Source of the DNA: Burkholderiales bacterium
GTDB lineage: Bacteria; Pseudomonadota; Gammaproteobacteria; Burkholderiales; SG8-39
Length of the DNA stretch: 64,000 bases
Assembly (NCBI GenBank): GCA_036379875.1
Contig: DASVFV010000116.1
Span: 9,933-73,932, forward strand
Direction of reading: 5' to 3'
In this document: piece by piece, positions 28,223 through 37,280 of the stretch
How the letters are laid out: each line of letters starts with the position of its first letter
Position numbering within the stretch: position 1 is the stretch's first letter
The notes under the pieces: model-generated
The model's database searches: none
Told to the model about the DNA's origin: nothing
What the model saw: only the letters and a program-made list of their open reading frames with translations
Program-made: the position numbers and the translations under genes

Positions 28223-29095
28223 ATGGGCCTACGCCTCAAGTTCAACCTGGTGCTGCTCGTCGTATTCGTCACCGGCCTGGGCGTCACCGGCTACCTTTCC
28301 TACGAGCTGCTCCACCGCAATGCGCGCGAGGAGGTGCTGCGCAACGCCGGCGTGATGATGGAGGCGGCGCTATCCATGCGCACCTATACCGTCAGCCACG
28401 TGCGGCCGAAGCTCGCGGTCGACCCGGACAAGTTCCTGCCGGAGAGCGTGCCGGCGTTCGGCGCGACCGAGATCATGACGCTGCTGCGCAACAAGTACCC
28501 CGACTACGCCTACAAGGAAGCCGCGCTCAACCCCACCAATCCGCGCAACCGCGCGGTCGAATGGGAGAACGACATCCTCAACATTTTCCGCAGCGACCCC
28601 TCGCAAACCGAGATCTCCGGCGTGCGCGACACGCCGACGGGGCGCTCGCTCTATCTCGCTCGTCCGATGCAGGTCAAGGATCCCGCCTGCCTGTCCTGCC
28701 ACACCACCGCGGAGATGGCGCCGGCCTCGATGGTCAAGATCTACGGCGGGGCCAACGGCTTCGGCTGGAAGCTGAACGAGGTGGTCGCCGCGCAGATCGT
28801 GTCGGTGCCGATGAACCTGCCGATCCGCAACGCCAACCGCGCCTTCGTCACCTTCATGAGCTCGCTCGCGCTCGTGTTCGCGGTCCTGTTCGTCGCGCTC
28901 AACGTGATGCTCACGCTGCTCATCGTGCAGCCGATCACCCAGCTTTCCGAGGCCGCGGACCAGATCTCGCGCGGCAAGCTCGACATCGCCGAGCTGCCGA
29001 CCAAGGGCAAGGACGAGGTGTCGCAGCTCGGCCAGGCCTTCAACCGGATGCGCCGCAGCCTGGAGAAGGCCATCGCGCTGATCGACAAGGGGTGA
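28223..29095 (+). CDS. membrane sensor: TM - periplasmic CXXCH (DUF3365/Tll0287-like) domain - TM - HAMP, no output domain
   Basis: The ATG at 28223 follows GGGAG, in the frame of ORF 28106..29095. Two TM helices are present, plus a single haem-c motif CLSCH (28688-28702). A HAMP-like segment (PITQLSEAADQISRGKLDIAELPTKGKDEVSQLGQAFNRMRRSLEKAI) ends the protein. Confidence 0.75.
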   Translation: MGLRLKFNLVLLVVFVTGLGVTGYLSYELLHRNAREEVLRNAGVMMEAALSMRTYTVSHVRPKLAVDPDKFLPESVPAFGATEIMTLLRNKYPDYAYKEAALNPTNPRNRAVEWENDILNIFRSDPSQTEISGVRDTPTGRSLYLARPMQVKDPACLSCHTTAEMAPASMVKIYGGANGFGWKLNEVVAAQIVSVPMNLPIRNANRAFVTFMSSLALVFAVLFVALNVMLTLLIVQPITQLSEAADQISRGKLDIAELPTKGKDEVSQLGQAFNRMRRSLEKAIALIDKG

Positions 29096-29096
29096 C

Positions 29097-30482
29097 GTGG
29101 CCGCGAGCGCCCCGAATGCCCTTGCCGCGGGCCACGCGCTGCAGGAATACCGCATCGAGCGCGTGCTCGGCGTGGGCGGCTTCGGGCTGACCTACCTCGC
29201 GACCGACGCGAACCTCAACCTCAAGGTCGCGATCAAGGAATACCTGCCCGACGACATCGCCGCGCGCGGCGCCGACAATTCGATCACGCCGCGCTCGCCG
29301 GCCACCGCCGACACGTTCGACTGGGGCAAGCGGCGCTTTCTCGACGAGTCGCGCACCGTGGCGTCGTTCCGCCATCCGAACATCGTGCGCGTGATGCGCT
29401 TCTTCGAGGCGAACGGCACCGCCTACATGGTGATGGAATTCGTCGAGGGCGCGGCGCTTCCCGACTGGATGAAGGCGCACCGCCCGCTCGCGCAGGCGCA
29501 GGTCGCGGCGCTGATCGAGCCGCTGCTCGACGGGCTGGCGGTCGTGCACAAGGCCGGCTTCCTGCACCGCGACATCAAGCCGGGCAACATCTATGTGCGC
29601 GACGACGGCAGCCCGGTGCTGCTCGACTTCGGCTCGGCGCGCCAGCGCACCGGCGACCTCACCACCATCGTCTCGCCGGGCTTCGCGCCCTTCGAGCAGT
29701 ATCACGAGAAGGGCAACCAGGGGCCGTGGAGCGACATCTATGCGCTCGGCGGCGTGCTCTACTGGATGATCACCGGCCGCAAGCCGCACGATGCCGCGGC
29801 GCGCGTGCGCACCGACACCATGCCGAGCGCGCTGCAAATCGCGGACCGCGGGCTTTTCCGGCCGGAATTCCTTGCCGCCATCGACTGGGCGCTTGCCCCG
29901 CACGAGGAGCAGCGCCCGCAGTCGGTGGGCGAATGGCGCGAAGCCCTGGCGGGCACGGGCCTCGCGCACACCGTCCGGCCGCTCGACAGAGCCCCGCCGC
30001 CGAGCGCGATCGCCGCGGCGCCGGCCTTCGACCCGGCGCTCCTGAAGAACCTCGAAGCCGCGCTCGCCCAGCACCTCGGCCCGATCGCGGCGGTGGTGGT
30101 GAAGAGCGCCGCGAAGAAGGCCGCCAGCCAGGCCGAGCTCGTCCAGGCGCTCGCCGGCGAGATCCCCGAGCCCTCGGGCAAGGCCGCGTTCGAGAAGCAG
30201 TTTTTGGAGGTCTCGCGCCCGGGCAAGCAGCCCGCCAGCCAGCCGCGCAGCGATCCATCGACCTCGCTCGCGGCGGCGCGCTTCCCCCTGGAGGTGCTGG
30301 CCAAGGCGGAGGAGCGCCTGGCGCAGTACCTCGGCGCCGTGGCCCGGGTCGTGGTCAAGCGCGCCGCCCTGAAGGCGCGCGACGAGCGCGAGCTCTACCT
30401 CCTGCTCGCCGACGAGATCGAAGACAAAGACGAGAGGAAGGCTTTCGTACGCCAGGCGGTATCCATCTCCGGAAAGCCGTGA
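29097..30482 (+). CDS. Hanks-type serine/threonine protein kinase with tandem C-terminal repeat domain
   Basis: A GTG start lies 1 nt after the upstream TGA. Kinase motifs GVGGFG, VAIKEY, HRDIKPGNI and DFG are present. The C-terminus has two ~59-aa repeats (aa 311-369 and 396-454). No TM segment is present. Confidence 0.85.
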   Translation: MAASAPNALAAGHALQEYRIERVLGVGGFGLTYLATDANLNLKVAIKEYLPDDIAARGADNSITPRSPATADTFDWGKRRFLDESRTVASFRHPNIVRVMRFFEANGTAYMVMEFVEGAALPDWMKAHRPLAQAQVAALIEPLLDGLAVVHKAGFLHRDIKPGNIYVRDDGSPVLLDFGSARQRTGDLTTIVSPGFAPFEQYHEKGNQGPWSDIYALGGVLYWMITGRKPHDAAARVRTDTMPSALQIADRGLFRPEFLAAIDWALAPHEEQRPQSVGEWREALAGTGLAHTVRPLDRAPPPSAIAAAPAFDPALLKNLEAALAQHLGPIAAVVVKSAAKKAASQAELVQALAGEIPEPSGKAAFEKQFLEVSRPGKQPASQPRSDPSTSLAAARFPLEVLAKAEERLAQYLGAVARVVVKRAALKARDERELYLLLADEIEDKDERKAFVRQAVSISGKP

Positions 30483-30487
30483 TACAG

Positions 30488-30505
30488 TTCAAACGTTCGT
30501 TTGAA
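30488..30505. promoter_or_regulatory. perfect palindromic operator TTCAAACG-TT-CGTTTGAA (PsrA-type CAAAC-N4-GTTTG)
   Basis: An 8-2-8 perfect inverted repeat lies 20 nt upstream of the TetR-family gene ATG and is preceded by TACAGT. It matches the G/CAAAC(N2-4)GTTTG/C consensus I recall for PsrA-type fatty-acid-responsive TetR regulators. Confidence 0.55.
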
Positions 30506-30525
30506 TTGTTCTTCACGAGCTTTCC

Positions 30526-31182
30526 ATGTCCATCCGCCCGCTAAAACCCCAGCACGAAACCCGCACGCGCATCCTCGACGCTGCCGAGGAGCTGTTCATG
30601 CAGCACGGCTTCGAAGGCACGTCGATGCGCCACCTCACCTCGCGCGCCGGCGTCAACCTGGCCGCGGTCAATTACCACTTCGGCTCCAAGCACGCGCTCA
30701 TCGAGGCGGTGTTCCGCCGCCGCCTCGACCCGATGAATGCCGAGCGCATCGCGGCGCTCGAGCGGCTCGAAGAGGCCACGCCGGAAAACATCATCCGCGC
30801 CTTCGTCGCGCCGAGCCTGAGCCTGGTCGCGGACGCGAAGGGCGGGCGCAACTTCATCCGGCTGCTCGGCCGCACCTACAGCGAGCCGGCGAAGGAGATC
30901 CGCGCGCTGATCGGCCAGATGTACGCCCCGGCGATGGAGCGCTACAAGAGCGCGCTCAAGCGCGCGCTGCCGCAGATGCCCGAGGACGAGCTGGTCTGGC
31001 GCATGCATTTCATGTTCGGCACCCTCGCCTACACGCTCGCGGCCACCGACACCGTGCAGCTCATTGCCGGCTGCAAGCCGGAGGACCGCTACGACGCCGA
31101 GTTGCTGGAAGAGCGCCTCACCGCCTTCCTCGCCGCGGGGCTGCTCGCGCCGCTCAACTCCACGATCAAGAAAGCCGCCTAG
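30526..31182 (+). CDS. TetR/AcrR family transcriptional regulator (PsrA-like, inferred)
   Basis: 218 aa with the N-terminal HTH TRTRILDAAEELFMQHGFEGTSMRHLTSRAGVNLAAVNYHFGSK. It is the first gene of a beta-oxidation operon. Confidence 0.85.
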   Translation: MSIRPLKPQHETRTRILDAAEELFMQHGFEGTSMRHLTSRAGVNLAAVNYHFGSKHALIEAVFRRRLDPMNAERIAALERLEEATPENIIRAFVAPSLSLVADAKGGRNFIRLLGRTYSEPAKEIRALIGQMYAPAMERYKSALKRALPQMPEDELVWRMHFMFGTLAYTLAATDTVQLIAGCKPEDRYDAELLEERLTAFLAAGLLAPLNSTIKKAA

Positions 31183-31191
31183 GAGGTCCCC

Positions 31192-33669
31192 ATGGCCTGG
31201 TTCATCCCCGCCGTCCTCGCAGTGGTCCTCGTGCTCGGCTATCTCGGCGCGCGCATCTACTGGTGGACGCTCGCCGCCGCGCTGCTCGGCGCCTGCCTGA
31301 GCGTGCTCGCGGATTTCTCCGAGACGACCAACGTGGTGCTCGGCGCGATCTTCGTCGTGGTCGCCGCGGTCCTGAACATCGGATTCTTGAGAAGAACCTT
31401 CATCTCGAACTACATCCTCGCGGCGTATCGCCGCATCCTGCCCGACATGTCGCAGACCGAGAAGGAAGCGATCGACGCCGGCACGGTGTGGTGGGACGCG
31501 GATCTTTTTTCCGGCAAGCCCGACTGGGACAAGCTGCTGCGCACGCCCGAGCCGCGCCTCTCCGCGGAGGAGCAGGCGTTCCTCGACGGCCCGGTCGAGG
31601 AGCTGTGCCGGATGTGCAACGACTGGGAAATCACGCACGAGCGCCTCGACCTGCCGCCCCACGTGTGGCAGTTCATCAAGGACAAGGGCTTCCTCGGCAT
31701 GATCATCCCGAAGCAGTACGGCGGCCTGGGCTTCAGCGCGCTCGCGCACTCCGCGGTGGTGATGAAGCTCGCCACGCGCTCGAGCACCGCGGCGATCTCG
31801 GTGATGGTGCCGAACTCGCTCGGGCCGGGCGAGCTCTTGCTGCACTACGGCACCGAGCAGCAGAAGAACCATTACCTGCCGCGCCTCGCGAAAGGCCTGG
31901 AAGTGCCCTGCTTCGCGCTCACCAGCCCGGAGGCCGGCTCGGACGCCGCGTCCATCCCGGACTTCGGCGTGGTGTGCAAGGGCATTTGGCAGGGCAAGGA
32001 AGTGCTCGGCATGCGCGTCACCTGGGACAAGCGCTACATCACGCTCGGGCCGATTTCCACGCTGCTGGGTCTCGCTTTTCGTTTGTACGATCCTGAAAAA
32101 CTTCTCGGGGAAAAAACAGACCTCGGCATTACGTGCGCGCTCGTGCCCACGAGCACCCCGGGCGTGAACATCGGCCGGCGCCACCTGCCGCTCAACGCCG
32201 CGTTCCAGAACGGCCCGAACTGGGGCAAGGACGTGTTCATGCCGCTCGACTGGATCATCGGCGGCCCCGAGTACGCGGGCAAAGGCTGGATGATGCTGAT
32301 GGGCTGCCTCGCCGCCGGCCGCGCGATCTCGCTGCCCACGTCTTCCGTCGGTGGCGTCAAGGCGCTCACGCGCTACACCGGTGCCTACGCGCGCGTGCGC
32401 AGCCAGTTCAAGACCCCGATCGGCAAGCTCGAGGGCGTGGAAGAAGCGCTCGGCCGCATCGCCGCGCACTGCTACATGATGGACGCGACGCGCGTGATGA
32501 CCGCGGGCGCGGTCGACCTCGGCGAGAAGCCGGCGGTGCTCTCGGCGATCGCCAAGTACCACATGACCGAGCGGGCGCGCAGCTGCGTGAACGACGGCAT
32601 GGACATCCTCGGCGGTAAGGGCATCTGCCTCGGGCCGAACAACTGGATCGGGCGCGGCTACCAGATCGCGCCGGTCGCGATCACGGTCGAAGGCGCGAAC
32701 ATCCTGACGCGCACGCTGATCATCTTCGGCCAGGGCGCGATCCGCTGCCATCCCTACGTGCTGCGCGAGATGCGCGCGGCGAAGGAGATGCAGGGTGGCG
32801 AGGCGGCGCGCGAGTTCGACGACGCGTTCACCTCGCACATCGGCCACGTGCTGCGCAACGGCGTGCGCACGCTGGTCTACGGCCTGACGCGCGCGTCGTT
32901 CGCGCCGGTACCCGGCAACTGCGCCCCGGAAACGAAGCACTACTACCGCCACGTGTCGCGCCTCTCCGCCGCCTTCGCGTTCCTCGCCGACGTGTCGATG
33001 CTCGCCATGGGCGGAGCGCTCAAGCGCAAGGAGAAGATCTCCGGGCGCCTGGGCGACGTGCTGTCCATGCTCTATCTCGTCTCGGCCACGCTCAAGCGCT
33101 ACGAGGACCAGGGCCGCATCCGCGAGGACCTGCCGCTGGTGGGCTGGGCGGTGCGCGACGCGCTCTACCGCGCGCAGCAGGCGATCGACGGCATCCTGTC
33201 CAACTTCCCGGTGAAGGCGCTCGCCACGCTGCTGCGCTGGACCATCTTCCCGCTCGGCGCGACGTTCCGCCCGTCGCTCGACTCGCGTAACCGCGACTGC
33301 GCGAAGATCGCGCTCGAGCCGGGCGTGGCGCGCGACCGCCTCACCGCCGGCATGTACGTGCCGAAGGACGAATCGGACGTCACCGGCAAGCTGGAGGCCG
33401 CGTTCGTCGCCACCATCGCCTGCGAGCCGGTGGACGAGAAGATCCGCAAGGCGGTCAAGAAAGGAAAGATGGCGCCGCGGCCAGGTGTGGAGCTCGGGCT
33501 GATCGCCCGCGAAGCGGGCTTGATTTCACAAGATGAATATTCCCAGTGGAGCCGCAAGGAAGCGCTGCGCAAGGCGGTCATCAAGGTGGACGACTTCCCG
33601 CAGGACTTCGGTCGCGCCGAGATCGTCGAGTCGCTGTCCGAAAACACGGTGAAGATGAAGGCGGCCTGA
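31192..33669 (+). CDS. fadE: acyl-CoA dehydrogenase, large FadE type
   Basis: 825 aa with an AGGAGG SD. The N-terminal membrane segment, ACAD core and C-terminal extension match E. coli FadE-type architecture. Confidence 0.85.
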   Translation: MAWFIPAVLAVVLVLGYLGARIYWWTLAAALLGACLSVLADFSETTNVVLGAIFVVVAAVLNIGFLRRTFISNYILAAYRRILPDMSQTEKEAIDAGTVWWDADLFSGKPDWDKLLRTPEPRLSAEEQAFLDGPVEELCRMCNDWEITHERLDLPPHVWQFIKDKGFLGMIIPKQYGGLGFSALAHSAVVMKLATRSSTAAISVMVPNSLGPGELLLHYGTEQQKNHYLPRLAKGLEVPCFALTSPEAGSDAASIPDFGVVCKGIWQGKEVLGMRVTWDKRYITLGPISTLLGLAFRLYDPEKLLGEKTDLGITCALVPTSTPGVNIGRRHLPLNAAFQNGPNWGKDVFMPLDWIIGGPEYAGKGWMMLMGCLAAGRAISLPTSSVGGVKALTRYTGAYARVRSQFKTPIGKLEGVEEALGRIAAHCYMMDATRVMTAGAVDLGEKPAVLSAIAKYHMTERARSCVNDGMDILGGKGICLGPNNWIGRGYQIAPVAITVEGANILTRTLIIFGQGAIRCHPYVLREMRAAKEMQGGEAAREFDDAFTSHIGHVLRNGVRTLVYGLTRASFAPVPGNCAPETKHYYRHVSRLSAAFAFLADVSMLAMGGALKRKEKISGRLGDVLSMLYLVSATLKRYEDQGRIREDLPLVGWAVRDALYRAQQAIDGILSNFPVKALATLLRWTIFPLGATFRPSLDSRNRDCAKIALEPGVARDRLTAGMYVPKDESDVTGKLEAAFVATIACEPVDEKIRKAVKKGKMAPRPGVELGLIAREAGLISQDEYSQWSRKEALRKAVIKVDDFPQDFGRAEIVESLSENTVKMKAA

Positions 33670-33670
33670 C

Positions 33671-34969
33671 ATGCTGGCGAGACCGATCTACGTCATCGAC
33701 GGCGCGCGCACGCCGTTCCTGAAGTCGAAGAACCGTCCCGGCCCGTTCGCCGCCTCCGACCTCGCCACGCAGGCGGGGCGGGCATTGCTTGCCCGGCAAC
33801 GCTTTTCTCCAGATGAATTGGATGAAGTCATATTGGGCTGCGCCGCGCCGTCGGTGGATGAAGTGAACATCGGCCGCGTGGCGGCGCTGCGCATGGGCTG
33901 CGGCCAGAAAGTGCCGGCCTGGACCGTGATGCGCAACTGCGCCTCCGGCATGCAGGCCATCGACTCGGGCATCAACAACATCCTCGCCGGGCGCGCGAGC
34001 CTGGTGCTCGCCGGCGGCGTGGACGCGCTGTCGCGCGCGCCGCTCCTTTACGGCGACAAGATGGTGCTGTGGTTCTCCAACATGGCGGCCGCGCGCTCGG
34101 CCGGGCAGCGGCTCGCGCTTTTTTCCAGGCTGCCGGTCGCCTCGCTGCTGAACCCGGTGATCGGCATCATGAAGGGCCTGACCGACCCGATGGTGGGCCT
34201 GCTGATGGGCCAGACCGCCGAGAACGTGGCGCATCGCTTCGGCATCACGCGCGCGCAGATGGACGAGTTCTCGGTGCGCAGCCACGAGCGGGTGATCCGC
34301 GCGCAGGACCAGGGCACGCTCGCCGCGGGCGGCGGCGAGCTCGAGGCGCTCTACGACGCGAAGGGCAACGTGTACACGCTCGACGACGGGGTGCGGCGCG
34401 ACGCGTCGATGCAGAACCTCGCCAAGCTCAAGCCCTTCTTCGACCGCAAGTACGGCAACGTGACGCCCGGCAACAGCTCGCAGATCACCGACGGCGCCGC
34501 GTGGCTGATCCTCACCACCGAGGAAGTGGTGCGCAAGAACAACCTCCAGCCGCTCGGCCGCATCGTCGACTCGGAGTGGGCGGGGCTCGACCCGGCGCAC
34601 ATGGGCCTCGGACCGGTGCACGCCGCTACGCCGATCCTGAAGCGCAACCGGCTCGCGCTGAACGACGTGGACTACTGGGAGATCAACGAGGCGTTCGCCG
34701 CGCAGGTGCTCGGCTGCCTCGCGGCGTGGAAGGACGAGAAGTACTGCCGCGAGGAATTGGGCCTGGATAAGGCCTTAGGTTCTCTTGATGAAAATCGTCT
34801 TAACGTGGACGGCGGTGCGATTGCCCTTGGCCATCCGGTCGGCGCTTCCGGCGCGCGCATCGTCCTGCACCTGTTGAAAGTCCTGAAAAGAAACAAAGCC
34901 AGGCGCGGCATCGCGTCGATCTGCATCGGCGGCGGGCTGGGCGGCGCGATGCTCCTGGAGGCGGCCTGA
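33671..34969 (+). CDS. acetyl-CoA C-acyltransferase (thiolase, FadI/FadA-like)
   Basis: 432 aa with the active-site regions NCASGMQA, GHPVGASG and CIGGGLG. Confidence 0.85.
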   Translation: MLARPIYVIDGARTPFLKSKNRPGPFAASDLATQAGRALLARQRFSPDELDEVILGCAAPSVDEVNIGRVAALRMGCGQKVPAWTVMRNCASGMQAIDSGINNILAGRASLVLAGGVDALSRAPLLYGDKMVLWFSNMAAARSAGQRLALFSRLPVASLLNPVIGIMKGLTDPMVGLLMGQTAENVAHRFGITRAQMDEFSVRSHERVIRAQDQGTLAAGGGELEALYDAKGNVYTLDDGVRRDASMQNLAKLKPFFDRKYGNVTPGNSSQITDGAAWLILTTEEVVRKNNLQPLGRIVDSEWAGLDPAHMGLGPVHAATPILKRNRLALNDVDYWEINEAFAAQVLGCLAAWKDEKYCREELGLDKALGSLDENRLNVDGGAIALGHPVGASGARIVLHLLKVLKRNKARRGIASICIGGGLGGAMLLEAA

Positions 34970-36909
34970 TGGAACGCGCCGGGAGCAGGGTCCTCGCCAG
35001 GCACTGGCGCTGGGAGATGGACCGCGAAGGGCTGGCCTGGCTGACCTTCGACAAGCAGGGCGAGTCGACCAACACTTTCTCGCGCGAGGCGCTGGAAGAG
35101 CTCTGGCTAATGCTCGACCAGATCGGCGCGGAAAAGCCGAAGGGCCTCGTGATCCGCTCGGCCAAGGACAGCTTCATCGGCGGCGCCGACATCCAGGAGT
35201 TCGCCAACTTCAAGGGCCCGGAAGACGCGATCGCGTTCACCCGGCTCGGCTGGGACACCTTCCAGAAGCTGCACGACCTGCCCTTCCCCACCACCGCGAT
35301 GGTGAACGGCTTCTGCATGGGCGGCGGCATGGAGATGGCGCTCGCGTGCCGGTACATCGTCGCGCTGGACGATCCCAAGACGCGCTTCGCGCAGCCCGAG
35401 GTGATGGTCGGCGTGATCCCGGCCTGGCACGCGATGGAGTGGCTGCCCGAGCGCGTCGGCCCGGCGGCGGCGCTGGATCTCCTCCTCACCGGCAAGACCA
35501 TCGATGCCAGGCGCGCCAAGCGCATGGGCCTCGCCGACCAGGCCGTGCCGCTGCGCATCTTCGAAAACACCGCGCGCATGGTGACGCTCGAGGCGCCGAA
35601 GCGCAGGTCCTTGCCTTTCGTTCAGCGAGTTCTCCTGAAAATGAAAGGCATAGTGGCTTCCCAAGCGAGAAAACAGGTGGCGCGCAAGGCGAAGCCCGAG
35701 CACTATCCGGTGCCCTACGCGATCATCGACATCTGGAAGAACTTCGGCGGCAACGCGCTCGCGGTGCCGGCCGAGCACCCGTCCTCGATCCAGAACCTGA
35801 TCCAGCATCCGACCGGCCGCAACCTGGTGCGCATCTTCTTCCTGCAGGACCGGCTGAAGGGCCTGGGCAAAGGGTCCGACTTCAGGGCGCGCCACGTGCA
35901 CGTGGTCGGCGCGGGCGTGATGGGCGGCGACATCGCGGCGATCTGCGCGATGCGCGGCCTGCGCGTCACGCTGCAGGACACCGCGCCGGAGCGCATCGCG
36001 CCGGCGGTGAAGCGCGCCGCCGAGCTGTTCAAGCGAAGAATTCGTGACAAGGCGCGCGAGCGCGACGCGCTCGATCGCCTGATTCCCGACGTGACCGGCG
36101 ACGGCGCGCGCCAGGCCGACGTGATCATCGAGGCGATCTTCGAGAACCTGGACGCAAAGCGCTCCCTCTTTTCAAAACTGGAGGGACTTGCAAAACCGCA
36201 GGCGATCCTGGCCACCAATACGTCCAGCCTCAAGCTCGCCGACATCGCCACCGCGCTCAAGGATCCGTCGCGCCTGGTCGGCATCCATTTCTTCAACCCG
36301 GTGCCGCTGCTGCAGCTCGTCGAAGTTGTTTCTTCGGAAAAGACAAACCCTGAATTCGCGAAAAAAGCCGCGGCGTTCGTGCGCCAGATCGACAAGCTGC
36401 CGCTGCCGGTGAAGGACGCGCCGGGCTTCCTGGTGAACCGCGTGCTCGGCCCGTACATGCTGAACGCGTTTCGCATGCTGGACGAGGGCCGCAAGCCCGA
36501 GACGCTCGACCGCGCGATGGAGGATTTCGGCATGCCGATGGGGCCGGCCGAGCTCGCCGACACCGTCGGCCTCGACATCTGCCTGCACGCCGGCAAGGCG
36601 CTTGCCAGGGGCGCGACCGAGGTTCCGGAGATCCTCGCCAGCAAGGTCGCGCTCGGCCACCTCGGCAAGAAGACTGGCCAGGGCATCTACAAGTACGTGG
36701 ACGGCAAGCCGCAGAAGGGCGAGCCCGATCCCTACGACCAGGCGCTGGTCGATGCGCTGATCGAGCCGTACCTGCACGAGGCGCAAGCCGCGCTCGCCGA
36801 CGGCGTGGTCGCGGATGCCGACCTGGTCGACGCCGGCCTGATCTTCGGAACCGGCTTCGCGCCGTTCCGCGGCGGGCCGCTACACTACTTGGGTGGAAAG
36901 ACTTCCTGA
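34969..36909 (+). CDS. bifunctional enoyl-CoA hydratase / 3-hydroxyacyl-CoA dehydrogenase (FadB/FadJ-like)
   Basis: The N-terminal crotonase domain carries FCMGGGMEMALACRY. The central NAD-binding region is VVGAGVMGGDIA, and an HCDH C-terminal domain follows. The ATG overlaps the thiolase stop. Confidence 0.85.
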   Translation: MERAGSRVLARHWRWEMDREGLAWLTFDKQGESTNTFSREALEELWLMLDQIGAEKPKGLVIRSAKDSFIGGADIQEFANFKGPEDAIAFTRLGWDTFQKLHDLPFPTTAMVNGFCMGGGMEMALACRYIVALDDPKTRFAQPEVMVGVIPAWHAMEWLPERVGPAAALDLLLTGKTIDARRAKRMGLADQAVPLRIFENTARMVTLEAPKRRSLPFVQRVLLKMKGIVASQARKQVARKAKPEHYPVPYAIIDIWKNFGGNALAVPAEHPSSIQNLIQHPTGRNLVRIFFLQDRLKGLGKGSDFRARHVHVVGAGVMGGDIAAICAMRGLRVTLQDTAPERIAPAVKRAAELFKRRIRDKARERDALDRLIPDVTGDGARQADVIIEAIFENLDAKRSLFSKLEGLAKPQAILATNTSSLKLADIATALKDPSRLVGIHFFNPVPLLQLVEVVSSEKTNPEFAKKAAAFVRQIDKLPLPVKDAPGFLVNRVLGPYMLNAFRMLDEGRKPETLDRAMEDFGMPMGPAELADTVGLDICLHAGKALARGATEVPEILASKVALGHLGKKTGQGIYKYVDGKPQKGEPDPYDQALVDALIEPYLHEAQAALADGVVADADLVDAGLIFGTGFAPFRGGPLHYLGGKTS

Positions 36910-37279
36910 GGGAAAGGTCCCGGCGCTGCGCGTCATGCCGATGCCGGCGGACGCCAACCAGAACGGCGACATCTTCGGCGGCTGGATCATGGCGCAGGTC
37001 GACATCGCGGGCGGCAGCGCGGCCGGCCGCATCGCGCGCGGCCGCGTCGCCACCGTGGCGGTGAAGGAGTTCGTGTTCAAGCAGCCGGTGCAGATCGGCG
37101 ACCTGCTGTCCTTCTACGTCGACCTGGTGCGCATCGGCAAGACCTCGATCACGGTCAACGTGGAAGTGTTCGCCGAGCGCCGGCCCGACGAGCCGAAAGT
37201 GGTGAAGGTCACGGAGGCCACGCTCACCTACGTGGCGATCGACCGCGACGGGCGCCCGCGCCCGGTGCCGCGCCCCTAG
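36893..37279 (+). CDS. acyl-CoA thioesterase (YciA-like hotdog fold)
   Basis: 128 aa with a GTG start. The motif ANQNGDIFGGWIMAQVDIAG is typical of the YciA family. Confidence 0.8.
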   Translation: MERLPEGKVPALRVMPMPADANQNGDIFGGWIMAQVDIAGGSAAGRIARGRVATVAVKEFVFKQPVQIGDLLSFYVDLVRIGKTSITVNVEVFAERRPDEPKVVKVTEATLTYVAIDRDGRPRPVPRP

Positions 37280-37280
37280 G

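Noticed and set aside
28223-30482. Whether the sensor and kinase are a single gene split by an assembly error.
   Set aside because: This cannot be excluded without reads. However, the TGA at 29093-29095 is followed by an in-phase GTG with a plausible kinase N-terminus. A HAMP-to-Hanks-kinase fusion would itself be unconventional. The pair is therefore kept as two genes and flagged in the findings.
30541-32952. An 803-aa minus-strand ORF antisense to fadE. Similar long ORFs occur elsewhere in the track: 1661-2869, 3040-3996, 15423-16574, 16650-17912, 41108-43159, 47804-49528, 62798-63928, and the 5' parts of 18386-22042, 22008-23990, 42196-44574 and 14778-16742.
   Set aside because: These are high-GC shadow ORFs. 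Their translations are Arg/Ala/Gly/Pro/His-rich low-complexity sequence with no recognisable motifs. In every case the opposite strand or another frame encodes a clearly recognisable protein family with sensible starts and RBSs.
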